From Candidatus Parcubacteria bacterium (lineage in GTDB: Bacteria > Patescibacteriota > Patescibacteriia > UBA9934 > GWF2-40-263), in NCBI GenBank assembly GCA_016882235.1, contig VGKU01000002.1, positions 1-40,407 on the forward strand: a stretch of 40,407 nt of DNA, read 5' to 3'. The position numbers were made by a program, and so were the translations under genes. Below are positions 17,817 through 25,228 of the stretch, piece after piece. The notes under the pieces are model-generated. The model was not told the DNA's origin, ran no database searches, and worked only from the letters and a program-made list of their open reading frames with translations. Within the stretch, counting starts at the first letter, position 1. Each line of letters begins with the position of its first letter.

Positions 17817-17841
17817 GCAGGCCCCACAGGCCTGCTTTTTT
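17817..17841 (+). terminator. intrinsic terminator after the RelA/SpoT-like gene
   Basis: GCAGGCC-CCACA-GGCCUGC followed by UUUUUU, 4 nt after the TAA stop. Confidence 0.8.
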
Positions 17842-17975
17842 GTTCCAGTCCGCCGTTGGAAGGTGGAATGGACGCGCAGACGGTTGAACACATTTTTTAT
17901 CTCAAAATCGTCGGGTATTTTTGACGCAACGGACTACCGACTGTTTGGCCCGGGCGTGAACATGCAGACGAGAGA

Positions 17976-18019
17976 TGTGGATAACATCGTGGATAGTTCT
18001 GTGGAAAAAATGTGGAGGG
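17976..18019 (+). promoter_or_regulatory. four phased direct repeats of (T/C)GTGGA, the first a perfect DnaA-box complement (TGTGGATAA)
   Basis: TGTGGATAA at 17976, CGTGGATAG at 17988, TGTGGAAAA at 18000 and TGTGGAGGG at 18011. Spacing is 12, 12 and 11 bp, all in the same orientation, ending about 17 bp upstream of the -35 of the RNA promoter. Confidence 0.55.
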
Positions 18020-18035
18020 ACAGCCCTTTGCAAAC

Positions 18036-18063
18036 TTGCACTTCTCTGTCAGAGTGTTAAATT
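18036..18063 (+). promoter_or_regulatory. sigma-70-type promoter for the structured RNA
   Basis: TTGCAC (18036-18041), a 16-nt spacer, then TGT-TAAATT (extended -10, 18055-18063). The predicted start near 18069-18071 coincides with the first base of helix P1. Confidence 0.5.
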
Positions 18064-18068
18064 TAAAA

Positions 18069-18350
18069 GTGCCTAACGGCCGGGTGGGTGCGCCCATTGA
18101 TTACAAGTAATTCTCCGGCCTGGGTGTGCCCTGCTTCGGCAGGGCAAGAGGGCCATACGGCAGTGACTTCCCTTCGTGGACGGCACACTGGACGCAATCT
18201 CGTGTTCCCGTCGCGCAGGGGAGATGGTATGGGCGACACAAAGAAAAACGACCCATGCCATGACCGACTAGATTTACTCTGTCCAGGGCCACCCATTCCC
18301 CCGTTAGGCACGAAAAACCCTCAAGCGTAGACCGTGGCTTGAGGGTTTTT
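18069..18350 (+). ncRNA. structured RNA of unrecognised family, either a stand-alone ncRNA or a long cis-regulatory leader of the downstream membrane/antiporter genes
   Basis: An 11-bp perfect closing helix pairs 18069-18079 (GUGCCUAACGG) with 18301-18311 (CCGUUAGGCAC). Further helices: GGGUGG 18082-87 / CCACCC 18289-94, and CCUGG 18119-23 / CCAGG 18283-87. Hairpins: a UUCG-capped 7-bp hairpin at 18128-18145, and an 8-10-bp hairpin with an A-rich loop at 18226-18259. An intrinsic terminator follows (CCCUCAAGC..GCUUGAGGG+UUUUU, 18313-18350). No convincing ORF or SD is present. Confidence 0.55.
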
Positions 18351-18363
18351 CAATGAAGTGGTG

Positions 18364-18774
18364 ATGCGCCACAGGACTCCTTCTTTTCACCCATTCTCAC
18401 CTATGCCCCATCGCTTCGCCTCCTTCTCCACGATCGCGATCTACACCTTTGTCGCGTGGGTGATCGTCCAGTTTATCTTTTCGTTTGCGCTCTCTCTGCC
18501 GCGCGGCGCGTTCATCGCCGTCCATTATCTCGCGGTTATCCTTGCGTTTGCACTCATTTTCCGCGCGTACTTTGATGTTCATCCCAACGCAGACGCCTTT
18601 GACACCACCGCACAGGCGATTCTCGTAATGCTGATTTTTGAAGGCATTTTTCTCGCCTTTTACGCGAGCGACCCACTGCGGTTTCTCAATTATACGGACT
18701 GGATTGTCCCGACGTTCCTCACGGCCTGTGCGATTTACTTCGTCGGCAAACCATCCACAGCAAACATCGCTTAA
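18364..18774 (+). CDS. small 4-TM membrane protein, unknown family (paralog of 20473-20838)
   Basis: Four hydrophobic helices. Shares FLN(Y/F)xDWIxPxFL...IY..G and H(Y)..V..AF motifs with the ORF at 20473. Start uncertain (GTG 18358, ATG 18364 or ATG 18403). Confidence 0.65.
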   Translation: MRHRTPSFHPFSPMPHRFASFSTIAIYTFVAWVIVQFIFSFALSLPRGAFIAVHYLAVILAFALIFRAYFDVHPNADAFDTTAQAILVMLIFEGIFLAFYASDPLRFLNYTDWIVPTFLTACAIYFVGKPSTANIA

Positions 18775-18785
18775 CAAAAAGGATA

Positions 18786-18812
18786 AACGGGCGTACAATC
18801 ACGCTCGTTTTT
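18786..18812 (+). terminator. possible attenuator/terminator hairpin between the small membrane gene and the antiporter
   Basis: AACGGGCGU-ACAAUC-ACGCUCGUU (9 bp including one G.U) followed by UUU. A second 10-bp hairpin at 18821-18846 lies just before the antiporter ATG. Confidence 0.4.
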
Positions 18813-18856
18813 ACTATCCGACACTGGGTGTCACCGACACCAGTGTTCACTCATCT

Positions 18857-20215
18857 ATGTTCAAATGGAAATGGCTCTCTCTTGCCGTGCTCGGGACGCT
18901 CGCCGCGCACAGTGTGCTCGCCAGCGGCGGTGCTTCCGCAAACGAAGGGCATGGCGCGGGTATAACGCTTCTGTGGATCGCCGTGATTTTGATTGCGGCC
19001 AAGATCGCGTCGTTGGTCGAGCGTGTGGGCCAACCGGCCGTCTTGGGTGAGTTAGTGATGGGCGTGATTTTGGGCAACCTGGTCTTACTGGGAGTGAATC
19101 TGTTTGAGCCGATTAAGCAGAACGAGATCATCGCTTTTCTTTCAGAGCTTGGTGTCGTGATCCTCTTGTTCCAGATTGGGCTGGAATCCAATATCCAACA
19201 GATGCGCAAGGTCGGCCTCTCGGCTTTTCTTGTCGCGGTCGTCGGTGTGGTCGCTCCGTTTGTGCTGGGCACCTATCTTGTTGGCCCATGGCTTATGCCC
19301 GGTCTGTCGAGCGCCGCCTACCTCTTCCTCGGCGCGTCGCTTACAGCAACGTCCGTTGGCATCACGGCGCGTGTCTTTAAGGACTTAGGCAAGCTCAAGA
19401 CACCCGAAGCACAGATCGTGCTGGGCGCCGCCGTGTTTGACGACGTGCTCGGGCTCATCATCCTTGCGGTCGTGACCGCGATCGCGACGGTCGGAGCGGT
19501 AAGCGTCGGGGCCATTAGCTGGATTATTGCCAAAGCGTTCTTGTTTCTCATTGGTGCCATTTTGGTTGGTACCATCAGCGCTCCTTGGCTGGGTCGTGCA
19601 TTCTCGCGCATCCAGACGGGCGTTGGGATGAAGTTCACGCTTGCGCTCGCGTTTTGTCTGGTCTTTGCGTACGTCTCGGGACTGATTGGCCTTGCGCCTA
19701 TCGTCGGCGCGTTTGCGGCCGGCTTGGTGCTCGACCCGGTACACTTCCGGTATTTCAAAGCGCCAAAAATGGTGGAGGAGATTATGGAGACAGCGGAAGG
19801 GCAGAGCGAAGAAGTCAAAAAGAAATTGCACACGATGGTTGAGCACCATGCCGAGCGCCACATTGAAGAATTGATTGAGCCGGTTGCCTATCTCCTCGTG
19901 CCGATCTTTTTTATCCTGACCGGCATGAACGTGGCGTTGGAGACGCTGTTTAATCCGAAGATCATCGGCATTGCGCTCGCGATTACGCTGGTGGCGGTGA
20001 TCGGCAAAGTGATCACTGGCCTCGTCGCCGGTCCGGTGAAGAAAGCGATCGTCGGCGTGGGGATGATTCCGCGCGGCGAAGTCGGCCTCATCTTTGCGTC
20101 GATCGGCAAAGGGCTCGGGGTGCTCTCCGACGACTTGTTCTCCGTGATTGTCGTCATGGTGATTTTGACGACGCTTCTCGCCCCGCCCGTCTTGGCGCGT
20201 CAATTGAAGAAGTAG
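18857..20215 (+). CDS. cation:proton antiporter (CPA1/CPA2, Na+/H+ exchanger or Kef-type membrane domain)
   Basis: About 452 aa and polytopic. Signal-like N-terminus, then QPAVLGELVMGVILGN, ELGVVILLFQIGLES and MIPRGEVGLIFASIG, typical of the Na_H_exchanger family. Start at ATG 18857 (the track ORF runs from 18638 out of the previous gene). Confidence 0.85.
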   Translation: MFKWKWLSLAVLGTLAAHSVLASGGASANEGHGAGITLLWIAVILIAAKIASLVERVGQPAVLGELVMGVILGNLVLLGVNLFEPIKQNEIIAFLSELGVVILLFQIGLESNIQQMRKVGLSAFLVAVVGVVAPFVLGTYLVGPWLMPGLSSAAYLFLGASLTATSVGITARVFKDLGKLKTPEAQIVLGAAVFDDVLGLIILAVVTAIATVGAVSVGAISWIIAKAFLFLIGAILVGTISAPWLGRAFSRIQTGVGMKFTLALAFCLVFAYVSGLIGLAPIVGAFAAGLVLDPVHFRYFKAPKMVEEIMETAEGQSEEVKKKLHTMVEHHAERHIEELIEPVAYLLVPIFFILTGMNVALETLFNPKIIGIALAITLVAVIGKVITGLVAGPVKKAIVGVGMIPRGEVGLIFASIGKGLGVLSDDLFSVIVVMVILTTLLAPPVLARQLKK

Positions 20216-20243
20216 CAACAACGCAGGCAATCCTGCGGTCGGT

Positions 20244-20267
20244 GGACGGACCCGCGCGGGTCCGTCC
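20244..20267 (+). terminator. GC-rich hairpin after the antiporter (weak U-tract)
   Basis: GGACGGACCC-GCGC-GGGUCCGUCC is a perfect 10-bp stem but is followed only by UU. It is preceded by a second hairpin CGCAGG-CAAU-CCUGCG at 20222-20237. Confidence 0.4.
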
Positions 20268-20285
20268 TTGACCGGCTCCGCTGTA

Positions 20286-20412
20286 TCACAAGAGAACAAT
20301 GGGGCCTGGTGGGAGCGGCGTTTTCGTCCTCATCGGCGACCTTCCATGCCTGACAACCACCCCAAACAGCCGCCTACGTGTTTTGCACGCAGACCCGCTG
20401 GTTCTCTTGTGA
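20286..20412. repeat. 127-nt long-hairpin element, possible distant member of the r-protein-spacer family
   Basis: A perfect 12-bp terminal inverted repeat pairs UCACAAGAGAAC (20286-97) with GUUCUCUUGUGA (20401-12). On the reverse strand the interior carries GUUUGGGGUGG, CGAUGAGGACG and GGCCCCAUU, resembling the family blocks UUUGGGUGC, CGAUGGACGG and AGCCCCACAU. Confidence 0.5.
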
Positions 20413-20472
20413 AGGGGGCACTCTGGAAAGGCACGGATGACGCCGAACGCAGCTTGGCGTATAGTGGGGAAC

Positions 20473-20838
20473 ATGTCGATGTTCGTAGACACGCTGATCA
20501 TCTTTTTGCATGCCCTGGTTGCGTGGGTGCTGGTTGAGGTGTTTGTAAACAACGCGTACCGCCTTTCCCGCCCACAGTATGTCTTTTTCCATTATGTCAG
20601 CGTGGTCGCGGCGTTCGCGATCGCGTTTTTCGTTTACTTTCAGTTTTTTGCTGCTGGGTGGGCCGTCTTCTTTGTCACCATGACGGCGCTCGGGTTTGTC
20701 CTGCTCTTGGAGATCATTGTGTTTGGATATCTCTACAGCGGCGACAGATGGTTTTTGAATTTTGCGGATTGGATTTTTCCGATGTTTCTTGCCACCAGCA
20801 CGATCTACCTCATGGGAGTCTTGCTTGCCGGACGGTAG
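20473..20838 (+). CDS. small 4-TM membrane protein, unknown family (paralog of 18364-18774)
   Basis: 121 aa from ATG 20473 (GGGGA 4 nt upstream). Same helix layout and C-terminal FLNFADWIFPMFLATSTIYLMG motif as the upstream paralog. Confidence 0.7.
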   Translation: MSMFVDTLIIFLHALVAWVLVEVFVNNAYRLSRPQYVFFHYVSVVAAFAIAFFVYFQFFAAGWAVFFVTMTALGFVLLLEIIVFGYLYSGDRWFLNFADWIFPMFLATSTIYLMGVLLAGR

Positions 20839-20891
20839 GATTGCATGCTAAAAGTGAACGCCTAAATGGTTAACAACTGTCGTGTACAGGT

Positions 20892-22199
20892 ATGCCAGAT
20901 ATTTTCCGCATTACGGGCGGGCGGCCGCTTGAGGGCAGTATGACGCTTTCGGGCGCGAAAAACGCCGCGTCGAAAATGATGATTGCCAGTTTGCTCACAG
21001 AGGAGCCGGTCATTCTCAAAAATGTCCCGCGCCAGCAGGAGACGCAGATCACACAGGAAATCCTGGAGGCCGCGGGCGCGCGTGTTGAGTGGGAAGGGGA
21101 GAACACGCTCCTGTGCGAGGCACGCACGGTCGGCGCGGGAAACGCCGGCACGCTCTCGCGCAAAAACCGCATCAGTATCCTCTCGCTCGCGCCGCTTCTC
21201 CATCGCGCGGGCGAGGCGGTCGTGCCGCTTGTGGGCGGCGATGCGATCGGTCCCCGTCCGGTCAACTTCCATCTGGAAATCCTCCGCAAGATGGGCGCGC
21301 AGATTGACGAGGCGTCTGACCATTACCGCGCCGTCGCCAAAAAGCGCCTCAAAGGGACGCTCATTGAACTCTCCTATCCGTCCGTGGGCGCAACCGAAAC
21401 GGCGATCCTTGCGGGCGTGCTCGCCGATGGACGCACGGTCATTCGAAATGCCGCGAGCGAGCCGGAAGTGGAAGAGCTGGTGATGATGTTACAAACCATG
21501 GGGGCGATCATTCAGCTGAATGCCGGTCGCGTGATTGAGATTATCGGGGTGGAACGCTTGCACGGGACCTGTGTGCGGGTGATGCCCGACCGGATTGAGG
21601 CGGCATCCTATGCGTGCATGGCGCTGGGCACGCGCGGAGAGATTTTGGTGCGTGGGGCACAGCATGAACATCTCATTACGTTTTTGAACACCGTACGCAA
21701 GATCGGGGGAGAGTACGACGTGCGAGCGGACGGCATTTTGTTCAAGGGCGCGCGCGCGTATAAAGGGATTGAATTGGAGACGGATACGCATCCTGGGTTT
21801 ATGACGGACTGGCAACAGCCGTTTGTCGTCTTGCTCACCCAAGCGAAAGGCACATCGGTCGTGCATGAAACCGTGTATGAGGAGCGGTTTGGGTATACAG
21901 CGGCATTGAACCAGATGGGCGCGAGCGTGACCCTCTTTAGCAACTGTTTGGGGGAAGTTAATTGCCGATTTAAAGGCCAGAACTATCGCCACAGCGCGGT
22001 GATCACCGGGCCTACGTCGTTGCACGCCACCGATGTGACCGTGCCGGACATCCGCGCGGGCCTGGCGTTTGTGGTGGCCGCCATGGTGGCCGAAGGGACC
22101 TCCAACTTGTCCGGGATTGAACACCTGGACCGCGGCTACGAACAGCTGGAAGAGAAATTAAAAAGTGTCGGTGCTACCATAGAGAGGGTATGTTCTTGA
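20892..22199 (+). CDS. murA: UDP-N-acetylglucosamine 1-carboxyvinyltransferase
   Basis: 435 aa. ITGGRPLEGSMTLSGAKNAASKMMIASLL, EPSP-synthase-fold repeats, and PGFMTDWQQPF near the C-terminal half. Confidence 0.92.
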   Translation: MPDIFRITGGRPLEGSMTLSGAKNAASKMMIASLLTEEPVILKNVPRQQETQITQEILEAAGARVEWEGENTLLCEARTVGAGNAGTLSRKNRISILSLAPLLHRAGEAVVPLVGGDAIGPRPVNFHLEILRKMGAQIDEASDHYRAVAKKRLKGTLIELSYPSVGATETAILAGVLADGRTVIRNAASEPEVEELVMMLQTMGAIIQLNAGRVIEIIGVERLHGTCVRVMPDRIEAASYACMALGTRGEILVRGAQHEHLITFLNTVRKIGGEYDVRADGILFKGARAYKGIELETDTHPGFMTDWQQPFVVLLTQAKGTSVVHETVYEERFGYTAALNQMGASVTLFSNCLGEVNCRFKGQNYRHSAVITGPTSLHATDVTVPDIRAGLAFVVAAMVAEGTSNLSGIEHLDRGYEQLEEKLKSVGATIERVCS

Positions 22200-22864
22200 A
22201 TCTGTTATTTTCCTCTCCTTCGCTTGCCATTGTCTGGGTCGTGGCGATTTTTTTCTCGCTCACCATCCATGAGTTTTCTCACGCGCTGGTTGGGAAATGG
22301 CGCGGGGATCTGACGGCCGAGCGAGAGGGGAGGCTCACGCTCAACCCGGCCGCGCACATTGACCCGATCGGGCTGATCCCGTTGTTTCTGTTTGGATTCG
22401 GATGGGCAAAGCCGGTGCCGTTTAATCCGTACAATTTGAAAAACCCCAAGTGGGATTCCGTCGCGATCGCGCTTGCCGGCCCGCTCTCAAATGTGTTGCT
22501 GGCAACAGTGAGCGGCATCGCGTTTCGTTTCACGATCACTTCGCTTGGGAGCGCCAATCTGTTAACGATTTTTCTGTTGTTGCTGACGATGGTCAATGTG
22601 TTCCTTGCCTTCTTCAATGTGATCCCGGTCCATCCCCTGGACGGGTCCAAACTTTTTTTCGCTCTGTTTGACGCGCCGCAGTACGCGCGCCTTCGCGCTT
22701 TTATTGCCGTTCGCGGCCCGCAGGTTTTACTGATGGCCGTGTTTGTCGCGATCCTGACCAACATTCCTGTTTTTTCGTTTATTGACAAGCCAGCGTACGC
22801 CGCCTGTAACGCCCTGATCGGCGGACCTTGTCTTGGTTATTTTGCCTCCATTTTTGGGGGCTGA
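22190..22864 (+). CDS. site-2 protease family (M50) membrane zinc metalloprotease
   Basis: HEFSHALVG (HExxH within a TM helix) and NVIPVHPLDGSKLF (NxxPxxxLDG). Polytopic. Overlaps the murA stop. Confidence 0.85.
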   Translation: MFLNLLFSSPSLAIVWVVAIFFSLTIHEFSHALVGKWRGDLTAEREGRLTLNPAAHIDPIGLIPLFLFGFGWAKPVPFNPYNLKNPKWDSVAIALAGPLSNVLLATVSGIAFRFTITSLGSANLLTIFLLLLTMVNVFLAFFNVIPVHPLDGSKLFFALFDAPQYARLRAFIAVRGPQVLLMAVFVAILTNIPVFSFIDKPAYAACNALIGGPCLGYFASIFGG

Positions 22865-22943
22865 CCCCTGCGGGGAGAAAACGCTTGCTTTTTTTCTTTT
22901 GTACCGTACGGTTTCATCGCTGAGCACTCCCAGGGAGGTCATC

Positions 22944-24029
22944 ATGTCTGCGCTCATTGACACACTCCAGTCCCTCTCTCCTGTCCAGCGCAAGGCCGTG
23001 CTCCAGCTTGATCCCGTCGGGGATCGCGAAACGGGGTTGAACCCAACAGAGCACGGTTGCACGACCCGGACTCGTCTGCGCTTGATTCCAGATCTGCCAC
23101 CCGAGGCGATCCCGAGGATCCTGCGCGCCCTCGCAAAGGATCTGTGTGCGGCTTTCATGAACATCCGTGCGTACGCGTTCCTCCTTGAGGCCGACGCGCT
23201 GGATGGCGGACGCAGCGCGTTGGACGAGGCGCTTGAGGCACACGACCTGCTTCGGTTCTCTCGCAACTTCCGCGTGGAGATCCCCAAGGACGCGTGGCGC
23301 CGCGCGTTTGCGGACGCGCTGTTGGCTACCCATGTGGAGACAGCGCAGGACATCTTTCATGCGATGCCCACACATGACAAGGGCGACACGGTGCGCCTGC
23401 TCACCTGCGCGATCCAAGCGGGAGACCTCCACAGGGCCTGCAACGCCGTGTGGAGCATCGGTCGGGAGTTCACCCGCGCCGAGAAGCGACTCCTTTCCAG
23501 CGCCATCGCCCTCTCGCACATCGGTTCCCCTGCGGAAGCCGCAGAGGAGGCCTTTCTTGGCCGGCACGGGTCGGCCGCTGACCGCAAGGCGTATGTCCGC
23601 AACATCTTCCTGCACCCCCCCAGCGGTTTTGAGGAATTCGTGGATTATGCTCGTCGTCTGCGGGTTCCCTTGCGCAGGGCCGATGTCCTCGCGTTTCTCT
23701 CCAGCGACCACTGTCAGCCTGACGAGCGGGTGGAGGCGGCGAGTTACCTCGTGAAACACGGCGGGGGAAAAAGGGACCAAGAGCGCTTGCGTCGCCTGCA
23801 ATCCGAGGCCCGTGCGTGGGCGATAAGCAAGGGGATCATCACCCAGGCCGAGCGCTTCGGTGTCCAGATCGCAGAGCCCCTCATGCCCGAGGAGCTTCTC
23901 GTGTTCATCCGCGCGAAGGGGAACGGTACCCACTCGGTCAGGGAACTGCAGATCATTGCGTGGGCACGTGACCTCCTGCTCGCACGCCTGCAGAATCCAG
24001 GCGTCGCGGCTCCCCCCTCTCCCTTCTAG
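22944..24029 (+). CDS. hypothetical protein, predicted all-helical, no recognisable domain
   Basis: 361 aa from ATG 22944, with a strong SD (GGGAGG) 6 nt upstream and an intrinsic terminator directly after the stop. Rich in A/L/R/E. No motif recognised. Confidence 0.6.
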   Translation: MSALIDTLQSLSPVQRKAVLQLDPVGDRETGLNPTEHGCTTRTRLRLIPDLPPEAIPRILRALAKDLCAAFMNIRAYAFLLEADALDGGRSALDEALEAHDLLRFSRNFRVEIPKDAWRRAFADALLATHVETAQDIFHAMPTHDKGDTVRLLTCAIQAGDLHRACNAVWSIGREFTRAEKRLLSSAIALSHIGSPAEAAEEAFLGRHGSAADRKAYVRNIFLHPPSGFEEFVDYARRLRVPLRRADVLAFLSSDHCQPDERVEAASYLVKHGGGKRDQERLRRLQSEARAWAISKGIITQAERFGVQIAEPLMPEELLVFIRAKGNGTHSVRELQIIAWARDLLLARLQNPGVAAPPSPF

Positions 24030-24037
24030 GCATCCTT

Positions 24038-24060
24038 GCGCCCTTTCCGGGCGTTTTTTT
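24038..24060 (+). terminator. intrinsic terminator after the hypothetical gene
   Basis: CGCCC-UUUCC-GGGCG followed by UUUUUUU. Confidence 0.75.
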
Positions 24061-24071
24061 GTCACCGTGCC

Positions 24072-24100
24072 TTGACGCCGTTTTCCCGTGATGGTACTCT
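24072..24100 (+). promoter_or_regulatory. candidate promoter of the rpsL-rpsG-fusA operon
   Basis: TTGACG (24072-77), a 17-nt spacer, then TACTCT (24095-24100), about 47 nt upstream of the rpsL ATG. Confidence 0.45.
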
Positions 24101-24146
24101 TCCCGCGTCTATTTTTTTCGGTCTGACCATGTCGTAAGTCCGGCTT

Positions 24147-24572
24147 ATGCCTACCATCAACCAACTCATCCGCAAAGGGCGCAAATCCAACCCGAGCAAA
24201 TCCAAATCGCCCGCCATGCAGTTCACCTACGATTCGCTTCACCGCAAGCGTACGGACTACCCCAAAGGAAGTTCGTTTAAGCGCGGGGTGTGCGTGAAGG
24301 TGACGACCATGACACCCAAAAAGCCAAACTCCGCCATCCGCAAAATCGCGCGCGTGCGCCTTTCTAACGGGATGGAAGTGAATGCCTACATTCCGGGCGA
24401 AGGCCATAACTTGCAGGAGCACTCTATCGTGCTCATCCGCGGCGGACGTGTGAAGGACCTTCCGGGTGTACGCTACCACATCGTGCGCGGCGTGTTTGAT
24501 ACACAAGGCGTGGACGGCCGCAATCAAGGCCGGTCCAAGTACGGGACGAAGCGGGCGAAGGCGAAGAAATAA
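24147..24572 (+). CDS. rpsL: 30S ribosomal protein S12
   Basis: [12 protein letters not shown]...[56 protein letters not shown]. Confidence 0.98.
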   Translation: MPTINQLIRKGRKSNPSKSKSPAMQFTYDSLHRKRTDYPKGSSFKRGVCVKVTTMTPKKPNSAIRKIARVRLSNGMEVNAYIPGEGHNLQEHSIVLIRGGRVKDLPGVRYHIVRGVFDTQGVDGRNQGRSKYGTKRAKAKK

Positions 24573-24640
24573 TCAACGTCACTCATATTCGGGAGTACTC
24601 CCTGCGCAGGGAGGAAGAACCCCGAAGATAACCTAAAACT

Positions 24641-25108
24641 ATGCGCGGAAAACCAGCTCCACGCCGGAAACTTATTCCGGATCCACGGTACGGCAGCGAA
24701 CAGGTTGCCAAACTTGTCAATTATGTCATGCGCGACGGCAAGAAGACGACTGCCCAGGCCGTTGTGTATGATTGTTTTGATTTGATTAAACAGAAGACCA
24801 AGCTGGAACCTGTAGATGTGTACGATCTTGCTCTGAAAAATGTCATGCCCTCGCTGGAGGTGAAGAGCAAGCGCGTCGGCGGCGCAAATTACCAAGTGCC
24901 GATGTCTGTGCGCGGCGAGCGCCGGTTCGTGCTGGCGCTTCGTTGGATTTTGATCGCCGCCCGCTCAAAGAAAGGCCGTCCGATGGCGCAGAAACTCGCT
25001 GACGAACTCATTGCCGCCTCAAAGAACGAAGGCGACGCCGTCAAGAAACGGTTGGATGTCCAAAAGATGGCCGAGGCGAACCGCGCGTTTGCCCATTTCG
25101 CCCGATAA
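24641..25108 (+). CDS. rpsG: 30S ribosomal protein S7
   Basis: 155 aa. ...PDPRYGSEQVAKLVNYVMRDGKKTTAQ..., VEVKSKRVGGANYQVP and ...ANRAFAHFA C-terminus. Confidence 0.97.
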   Translation: MRGKPAPRRKLIPDPRYGSEQVAKLVNYVMRDGKKTTAQAVVYDCFDLIKQKTKLEPVDVYDLALKNVMPSLEVKSKRVGGANYQVPMSVRGERRFVLALRWILIAARSKKGRPMAQKLADELIAASKNEGDAVKKRLDVQKMAEANRAFAHFAR

Positions 25109-25117
25109 GTCGTGAGG

Positions 25118-25228
25118 GTGTGGAGAAAACACGCAGGTGAGAGGATGCCGTTTTGCCGCAGGCAAAGAGGCGAGCACTCTCCGTCCAAGCCCTGACACGT
25201 GTTCCCTGCGAACCCAATGTCCTGTGAC
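25118..25228. repeat. structured S7|EF-G spacer element, probable degenerate member of the long-hairpin family
   Basis: The 166-nt spacer contains an imperfect hairpin (GGA..ACACG.CAGG 25122-25136 / CCUGACACGUGUUCC 25191-25205). It also carries the family-like blocks GGAGA, GAGGCGAG, CGUCCAAGCCC and ACACGUGU. Confidence 0.35.

Noticed and set aside
17885-18020. Chromosomal replication origin (an AT-rich stretch plus a DnaA-box-like array)
   Set aside because: There is only one perfect DnaA box, no dnaA/dnaN nearby, and genes on both sides are co-directional with no strand-bias switch. It is reported as a regulatory repeat array instead. The whole-genome GC skew is needed to exclude oriC fully.
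18069-18311. Assignment of the structured RNA to RNase P RNA, SRP/4.5S, tmRNA, 6S, a cobalamin riboswitch or an M-box
   Set aside because: The diagnostic cores GGAAAGUCC / ACAGAA (RNase P) and GGAAGCAGC helix-8 (SRP) are absent on both strands, as is a tRNA-like CCA end (tmRNA). The minus strand shows only partial resemblances to B12-box-like strings (GGGAAGUCA, AGGCCGGAGA), in the wrong order, and has no downstream gene. The family is left unknown pending cmscan.
18088-18330. An 80-aa GTG-initiated ORF spanning the structured RNA, with similar 60-82-aa ORFs on both strands
   Set aside because: There is no SD, ORFs in several frames and on both strands overlap the same segment, the composition is typical of translated GC-rich structure, and the ORF ends inside the terminator stem.
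22914-24527. A 537-aa minus-strand ORF, the longest ORF in this region
   Set aside because: It runs antisense through rpsL (24147-24572) and through the SD/terminator-supported plus-strand ORF. It has an R/G/H-rich composition with no motifs, which makes it a GC-rich shadow ORF.
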